From Candidatus Hydrogenedentota bacterium (GTDB lineage Bacteria > Hydrogenedentota > Hydrogenedentia > Hydrogenedentales > SLHB01): a stretch of 64,000 nucleotides of DNA. Positions 58,800 to 64,000 of this stretch are shown here, piece after piece. The notes beneath the pieces are model-generated. The model ran no database searches. It saw nothing but the letters and a program-made list of their open reading frames with translations, and was not told the origin of the DNA. The translations under genes and the position numbers were made by a program. Position 1 is the stretch's first letter; the number at the start of each line of letters is the position of its first letter. The stretch spans positions 256,001 through 320,000 of the forward strand of contig CAVUWV010000010.1 of assembly GCA_963745075.1 (NCBI GenBank), given 5' to 3'.

Positions 58800-60623
58800 T
58801 TGAACACCCCGGACTACACGTTTCTCAAGGCCGCCGGCCGCATTCTCAACTCCGGCCAGTCGCGCAGTGTCTTGCTGACTGGAAACATCCAGGACCTCTT
58901 TTGCCTGACGAATCCGGACGGTTCGCAGGATTACGTTACCCTCCTCGATTTTCTCACGGATCACTGGAGCGTGGACGATGTCGTGCTTATCGTCTACGAA
59001 CTGAACGGGCCGATCCGGTTCGCGCGGCAAACGGATGCGGAGCGCATTCGCGATGCGTGGTTGAAGTGGCGCTCGGGCCTCGACGCGAATCAGATCGCCA
59101 TCGAACGGATGTTGTCGGGCTCGAAGGTGGCCCTCGAACATGAGGCGATCAAAGCATCCTACGACGCCAACCTCAAATCGGCCATCGGCAACCCGACGGT
59201 CGCGCTGGAATTGCTGCGTCAGATGTGTCTGTGTTCGCGCACCGTGCAGAACGGGCAGCCGCTTTTGAAACAGAACCTGCTGGTCATCATCGAGGCAGCC
59301 GACATGATCGTCCCGGAGGGGGAAATCACCCGGCTTTCCGACGTGGACCGGCATCGCGTGAGCATCTGCCAGGACTGGTTCAGCGACCCGGGATTCATGA
59401 ACGGGGAGGACAGCGTGGTGCTGCTCGCGGAGTCGCGGTCGCTCATCAACCATCGGGTTGCGCGGCTGCCGCAGATGCTCGAGGTGCCGGTGCCGTCACC
59501 GGACGAGGCTGCGCGGCGTCACTGCATCGGCTGGTTCATGGAGACGCGCAAGCAGGGGAACGCCATCCAACTTTGGAGCGACGAGGACGAGTTGGCGCGC
59601 TTTACCGCCGGATTGTCGATCCACGCGTTGGTGCAGTTGCTCAAGGGCGCGCAACATGAGAACCTGCCGCTCACGCGGGCGCAGGTCGTGGCGAAGGTCG
59701 AAGCGTTCATCCAAAGTCAGTTGGGCGAGGACATCGTCGAATTCAAGAAGCCCGAGCATACGTTGAAGGACGTGGTCGGGTTTTCATCGCTGAAAGTATT
59801 CCTCGGCGAGGAACTCATCCCGCGTTTCCGGTCGGAAGGCAAGGATGCGCTATCGGGGGCCGCGGTGGCAGGTCCTATCGGCGGAGGCAAGACGTTTATC
59901 TTCGAGGCGGTGGCCGCCGAACTCGATATGGTCGTGCTGGTATTGAAGAATATTCGCAGCCAATGGTTCGGCCAGACGGACGTCATCTTCGAGCGATTGC
60001 GTCGCGTGTTGGATGCATTGTCCAAGGTGCTCATCTTCGTCGACGAGGCGGATACGCAGTTCGGGTCAATCGGGCCCCAAGCTCACGAGACCGAACGGCG
60101 CCTCACCGGGAAGATCCAATCCATGATGTCCGATCCGCGATTGCGGGGTCGCGTAATCTGGTTGTTAATGACCGCGCGAATCCATCTCCTGTCGCCGGAT
60201 ATCCGGCGTCCCGGCCGCGTGGGCGACCTCATCATCCCCGTGCTCGATCCCGATGGAGAAGATCGGAACGAGTTCCTGTACTGGCTGGTCGAGGACCGAC
60301 TCGAGGGTGGCCTCGATGCCGAACGTCTCGCGGCGCTCGATTCGGCCACATCCGGGTATTCCGCCGCCGCTTTTGCATCCCTCCGTGGGGAGCTTCGGGC
60401 GAAGTCGGTCGGCTCCGGCGGCAAACTGTCCTTCGAGAGCGTGCTCGACGTCATCCACGATCACCTGCCGCCGGCGATTCAAGATACCCGGCACTACCAG
60501 ACCCTCCAGGCTCTCATCAATTGCACGCGCCGCAGTCTTTTGCCCAATCCCAAAGTGGACGAAGAACAGCGGCACGCCTGGGCCGAAGAGGCGCGCCGGC
60601 TGGAATTGAAAGGCGTGGGGTAA
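58800..60623 (+). CDS. AAA+ ATPase, classical clade, with a degenerate N-terminal AAA-like domain
   Basis: Walker A GPIGGGKT, pore loop SQWFGQT, Walker B IFVDEAD, second region of homology IRRPGR; N-half has a Walker-B-like VIIEAAD but no Walker A lysine. Confidence 0.9.
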   Translation: MNTPDYTFLKAAGRILNSGQSRSVLLTGNIQDLFCLTNPDGSQDYVTLLDFLTDHWSVDDVVLIVYELNGPIRFARQTDAERIRDAWLKWRSGLDANQIAIERMLSGSKVALEHEAIKASYDANLKSAIGNPTVALELLRQMCLCSRTVQNGQPLLKQNLLVIIEAADMIVPEGEITRLSDVDRHRVSICQDWFSDPGFMNGEDSVVLLAESRSLINHRVARLPQMLEVPVPSPDEAARRHCIGWFMETRKQGNAIQLWSDEDELARFTAGLSIHALVQLLKGAQHENLPLTRAQVVAKVEAFIQSQLGEDIVEFKKPEHTLKDVVGFSSLKVFLGEELIPRFRSEGKDALSGAAVAGPIGGGKTFIFEAVAAELDMVVLVLKNIRSQWFGQTDVIFERLRRVLDALSKVLIFVDEADTQFGSIGPQAHETERRLTGKIQSMMSDPRLRGRVIWLLMTARIHLLSPDIRRPGRVGDLIIPVLDPDGEDRNEFLYWLVEDRLEGGLDAERLAALDSATSGYSAAAFASLRGELRAKSVGSGGKLSFESVLDVIHDHLPPAIQDTRHYQTLQALINCTRRSLLPNPKVDEEQRHAWAEEARRLELKGVG

Positions 60624-60635
60624 GTGCCCCGGAAT

Positions 60636-60711
60636 GTAGCGCAGGCGTCTCGCCTGCATCTCTTGACGTACGGAAGGCTACCACGGAATGCAGGGGAGAC
60701 GCCTGCGCTCC
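60636..60711. repeat. GTAG-type REP doublet (family G)
   Basis: gtagcgcaggcgtctcgcctgca and the inverted tgcaggggagacgcctgcgctcc. Confidence 0.85.
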
Positions 60712-60859
60712 ATTGGGCTCTTCAGTGGAGCGTCATCTTTCGCGGCGCGCGCCCTTGTCAGCGATCTGACCCTCTGCTATAGTGGTGCGCAGGTCTTACG
60801 GGCTGCTGCCGTGCTGTCCATTCGGGTAGTGCACTGCAAAAACGGAGGTGCATGGAATC

Positions 60860-62470
60860 ATGGCCAATTCGACTGCAATCGATTCGTCTTCCCAACCGCA
60901 GGCCGGTTCCTCCGCGTCAGAAATTGAGGTGCGCGACCCACGCACAGGCGAGGTTATCTATACGCTTCCGGAACCTTCCGACGCGGAGGTCGCGGCTGCG
61001 TTTGAGGAGGCCCACCGCGCTTTCGAGAAGATTCGGGTCATGTCGGTTCGCGAGCGCCTAAACGAAGTCCTCAAACTGAAACGCTTCATCCTCGACAATA
61101 AGGAAATGGTCGTTGACCGTGTCGTGCAGGAAACGGGCAAGGCCCGGACCGACGCGCTGGTCTCAGAAGTGTTTCCTGTCCTCGACATCATCGACTACTA
61201 CGATAAGAGCGCCGAGCGGCATCTTGCCGATGAGAAGGTGCCGACGCCGGTCATCCTGTGGCCGAAGAAGTCTAAGATCTACTACTCACCGATCGGCACG
61301 GTGCTGATTATCTCGCCCTGGAACTATCCCCTGAACCTGGCCATGCTTCCCATGATTACGGCGTTTATCGCCGGTAACTCGGTCGTCTATAAACCTTCGG
61401 AATGGACGCCGCTGAAGGGCCTTGTCGAGGAAATCATCGCGAAGAGCGGATTCATGAGCGACGCGGTGCACATCGTTTATGGCGGCAAGGACACCGGCCG
61501 CAGGCTCATCGACCAGCGTCCCGCGAAAATCCTGTTTACGGGCAGTACCCGGGCCGGCCGGCAGATTATGGAACAGGCGGCCAAGTATCTCATCCCGGTG
61601 GAACTCGAACTGGGCGGGAAAGATCCGATGGTGGTGTTCGACGACGTGGATATCGATCGTACCGCTGCGGGCGCGGTCTGGGGCGGCATGACGAATTGCG
61701 GCCAGACGTGTACGTCGGTGGAGCGCCTCTTCGTCCACGAGCGCGTGTACCCGCAATTTGTGGAAGCATTGAAACAGAAGATTGAAAAGCTTTCCCATCC
61801 GACGCGCGATCCGGATAAACCCGACGCGGGTGACATGGACGTTGGGTGCATGACGGCGCAGTTCCAGATCGAAAAGGTCGAGGACCAGGTGAGCGATGCC
61901 GTGCAGAAGGGCGCGAAAGTGCATACCGGCGGCAAACGTGCTGAAGGATCGAGTGCGTTTCCGCCTACGTTGATCACCGACATCGACGATTCCATGAAGA
62001 TCGCGAAGGAGGAAACCTTCGGCCCGATTCTGACGGTGCAGACCTTCAAATCGGAAGACGAAGCAATCCGGCTTGCGAACGATTCGCCTTATGGCCTCAG
62101 CGCGAGCGTGTGGTCCAAGGACCTCGAACGTGCAATCCGCGTGGCGCGCGCCATCGAGACCGGAAACGTGTCGATTAACAATGTGCTTGCGACGCAGGGG
62201 AACTCGGCCTTGCCCTTCGGCGGCACGAAGGAGAGCGGGTTCGGGCGTTACAAGGGGCCGCACGGTCTGCACAGTTTTTCCAACATCAAGAGCATCATGG
62301 TGGACTCCGGGAGTAAGTTTGAGCCGCATTGGTTTCCGTATACCAAGGAAAAATACGTTCTGTTCAGCAAGCTCCTGGACGCGGTATACGACGGCGGGCC
62401 GTTCTGGCTGATCAAGACGCTGCTTGTGGGTCTAAAACTCGAGGGTCTCGTCAAGAAGAACAAACTGTAG
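60860..62470 (+). CDS. Aldehyde dehydrogenase family protein
   Basis: ISPWNYP, KPSE, FTGS, LELGGKDP, GQTC, EETFGP, PFGGTKESG. Confidence 0.96.
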   Translation: MANSTAIDSSSQPQAGSSASEIEVRDPRTGEVIYTLPEPSDAEVAAAFEEAHRAFEKIRVMSVRERLNEVLKLKRFILDNKEMVVDRVVQETGKARTDALVSEVFPVLDIIDYYDKSAERHLADEKVPTPVILWPKKSKIYYSPIGTVLIISPWNYPLNLAMLPMITAFIAGNSVVYKPSEWTPLKGLVEEIIAKSGFMSDAVHIVYGGKDTGRRLIDQRPAKILFTGSTRAGRQIMEQAAKYLIPVELELGGKDPMVVFDDVDIDRTAAGAVWGGMTNCGQTCTSVERLFVHERVYPQFVEALKQKIEKLSHPTRDPDKPDAGDMDVGCMTAQFQIEKVEDQVSDAVQKGAKVHTGGKRAEGSSAFPPTLITDIDDSMKIAKEETFGPILTVQTFKSEDEAIRLANDSPYGLSASVWSKDLERAIRVARAIETGNVSINNVLATQGNSALPFGGTKESGFGRYKGPHGLHSFSNIKSIMVDSGSKFEPHWFPYTKEKYVLFSKLLDAVYDGGPFWLIKTLLVGLKLEGLVKKNKL

Positions 62471-62515
62471 CGCGTGACGACAGAGGGGGCCCCGCGGAAG
62501 CGCGAGGAGAACGTC

Positions 62516-63910
62516 ATGGCCGAAGATCGCATCTACGATTTCATCATCGTTGGGTCCGGCACCTCGGGCGGCGTGCTGGCCTATTACCTGCAGAAATCCG
62601 GCGCACATTGCCTGCTGCTCGAAGCCGGCAAGTACTTTCGTGCGGACACCTTTCCCGAGAACGAGGCCGAGTACTCCGCGCAACTGTTCTGGGGCGGCGG
62701 GCTCGAGTTCGACACAACGTGCGCTATGGGATTCCTGCGCGGAAAGTGCGTGGGCGGCGGATCGATCGTCAATCAATGCCTGCTCGATCGGTTCGACGAC
62801 GTTGCCTGGTGCGACTGGAAAGCGGCGACCGGAATCGACTTCTTCACGCCGGAGGCCATGGCGCCCCATTACGACGCCATCGAAAGCGAACTCACGCTCC
62901 AGACCCTGCCGCCCGTAAGTCGCAATCGCAACGCCGAACTTTTCATCCGTGGACTTGAACAGGCGGGAATCGCGTGGGCTCCCTTGCGCCGCGGCCAGTC
63001 GGACTGCGCGACGGAACACGGCAACGACTGTATCGCGTGTCTGGGCGGATGTCATCGCGACTCGAAACAGAGCACCCTGGTGGCCTTCATCCGTCGTGCC
63101 GAAAAGGCGGGTCTCGAAGTCCTTTCCGAATTCCATGTGGACCGCATCGAAGACGACCAGGATGGCGTGAAGGTATTTGGCGCCAACGGAAGCGGTCAAC
63201 TGACCCTCCGTGCGCGGCGGGGCATATTGGCGGCGGGCTCCTTCGGCACGACCCAGCTTCTGTTGAATTCCGGCTACAAGACGAGTCTTCCTGCACTGGG
63301 GAGAGGCTTCTCCATGCACCCGCAGTACATGACTTTCGCGGACTTCGACGACCCCGTGGACGCCCACCGGGGCGCGTTTCAGACCGTGAAATCGTCCGAT
63401 CCCGTGCTGCGCGGGAAGGGCTACAAGCTGGAGAACGTCTTCGCCCCGCCGGTGTCCGTGGCCATGCTGTTCAAGGATACCGGGCCGTCCCTGCAGGAGT
63501 TTATGCTGCGATATCGTCACTTTGCCTGTGTTGAGGTCGCGGTGCGGGACGAGGCCACCGGCGAGCTTTCAGTTGATGGGAAGGGCAGGCTCCGGGTTTG
63601 TAAGTCATTGACGAATAGAGATATGGAGCGCAGGGATGACGGCGTTGCCGTGGTTCGTGCGATGTTTGAATCTCTCGGCGCCAAGCGCATTTTCCAGTCG
63701 CCCCTGTACTTTGGCCTGCACCTCATGGGGGGATGTGCGCTCGGCACGGACGAAAGCTCGTCGGTCTGCGGCGAGACGTTCCAGGTCCACGGGCACCCCA
63801 ATTTGTATTGCGCGGACACCAGCACGTACCCCCTTGCACCGGGCATAAATCCGGCCTTGACCTGCATGGCGTTATCCCATAGAATGTCTTCCTATCTTTC
63901 CAGGGGCTAG
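62516..63910 (+). CDS. GMC family oxidoreductase
   Basis: IIVGSGTSGG, VGGGSIVN, CIACLGGC, HLMGG, GINPALT. Confidence 0.93.
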   Translation: MAEDRIYDFIIVGSGTSGGVLAYYLQKSGAHCLLLEAGKYFRADTFPENEAEYSAQLFWGGGLEFDTTCAMGFLRGKCVGGGSIVNQCLLDRFDDVAWCDWKAATGIDFFTPEAMAPHYDAIESELTLQTLPPVSRNRNAELFIRGLEQAGIAWAPLRRGQSDCATEHGNDCIACLGGCHRDSKQSTLVAFIRRAEKAGLEVLSEFHVDRIEDDQDGVKVFGANGSGQLTLRARRGILAAGSFGTTQLLLNSGYKTSLPALGRGFSMHPQYMTFADFDDPVDAHRGAFQTVKSSDPVLRGKGYKLENVFAPPVSVAMLFKDTGPSLQEFMLRYRHFACVEVAVRDEATGELSVDGKGRLRVCKSLTNRDMERRDDGVAVVRAMFESLGAKRIFQSPLYFGLHLMGGCALGTDESSSVCGETFQVHGHPNLYCADTSTYPLAPGINPALTCMALSHRMSSYLSRG

Positions 63911-63928
63911 TGGGGAAGGAGGGTGTCG

Positions 63929-64000
63929 ATGCCAGAGCTGCAATCGGAAATTCTGAATCCGCGCGCTTTGCGGGCGCTGGAACGTTTGGGTGACTTAATC
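63929..64000 (+). CDS. 3'-partial ORF, possibly a GMC-associated small subunit
   Basis: AGGAGG RBS; MPELQSEILNPRALRALERLGDLI runs off the window. Confidence 0.5.
   Translation, partial: MPELQSEILNPRALRALERLGDLI

Noticed and set aside
309..63867. Many long antisense or overlapping ORFs (e.g. 309-1340, 12166-13545, 23950-25362, 26087-27454, 44473-46008, 61286-62329)
   Set aside because: Shadow ORFs of GC-rich genes on the opposite strand, with no recognisable motifs.
1..64000. tRNA, rRNA or prophage genes
   Set aside because: None recognised by eye; tRNAscan-SE or Infernal would be needed to exclude small RNAs.

Overview
GC-rich bacterial chromosomal window. A PEP-CTERM protein, a DUF1559/H-X9-DG prepilin-like protein, a VPVELSxF-type C-terminus, Tat-exported Gfo/Idh/MocA enzymes and many beta-propeller glycosidases suggest a PVC-like lineage such as Candidatus Hydrogenedentota (inference only). 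Core content: dnaK-dnaJ, a PadR/HAAS pair, carbohydrate-active enzymes, an HDOD protein with a hybrid histidine kinase, thpR-yggT-pcm, moaA-moaC-mobBA-moaD, rsgA, and an aldehyde dehydrogenase/GMC module. Accessory content: one full and one internally deleted IS1182-like element, both inserted at the loop of the same REP family; a low-GC-looking island (about 35.8-44.3 kb) with a HEPN-like gene, an NHL/Ig surface protein, ORF6N and decayed toxin-antitoxin genes; and at least seven families of intergenic inverted-repeat (REP/REPIN-like) elements. Most interesting: (1) a divergent PspA/ESCRT-III-like gene 15 nt upstream of a classical-clade AAA+ ATPase gene (57954-60623); (2) a four-copy REPIN family with near-invariant arms, free-sequence cores of constant length and a covarying internal hairpin, one copy of which splits a large gene between 6-bp direct repeats; (3) a palindrome present both inside and upstream of ORF6N; (4) a leader-peptide-like uORF upstream of rsgA. 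Several genes carry single-base frameshifts, probably long-read consensus errors.
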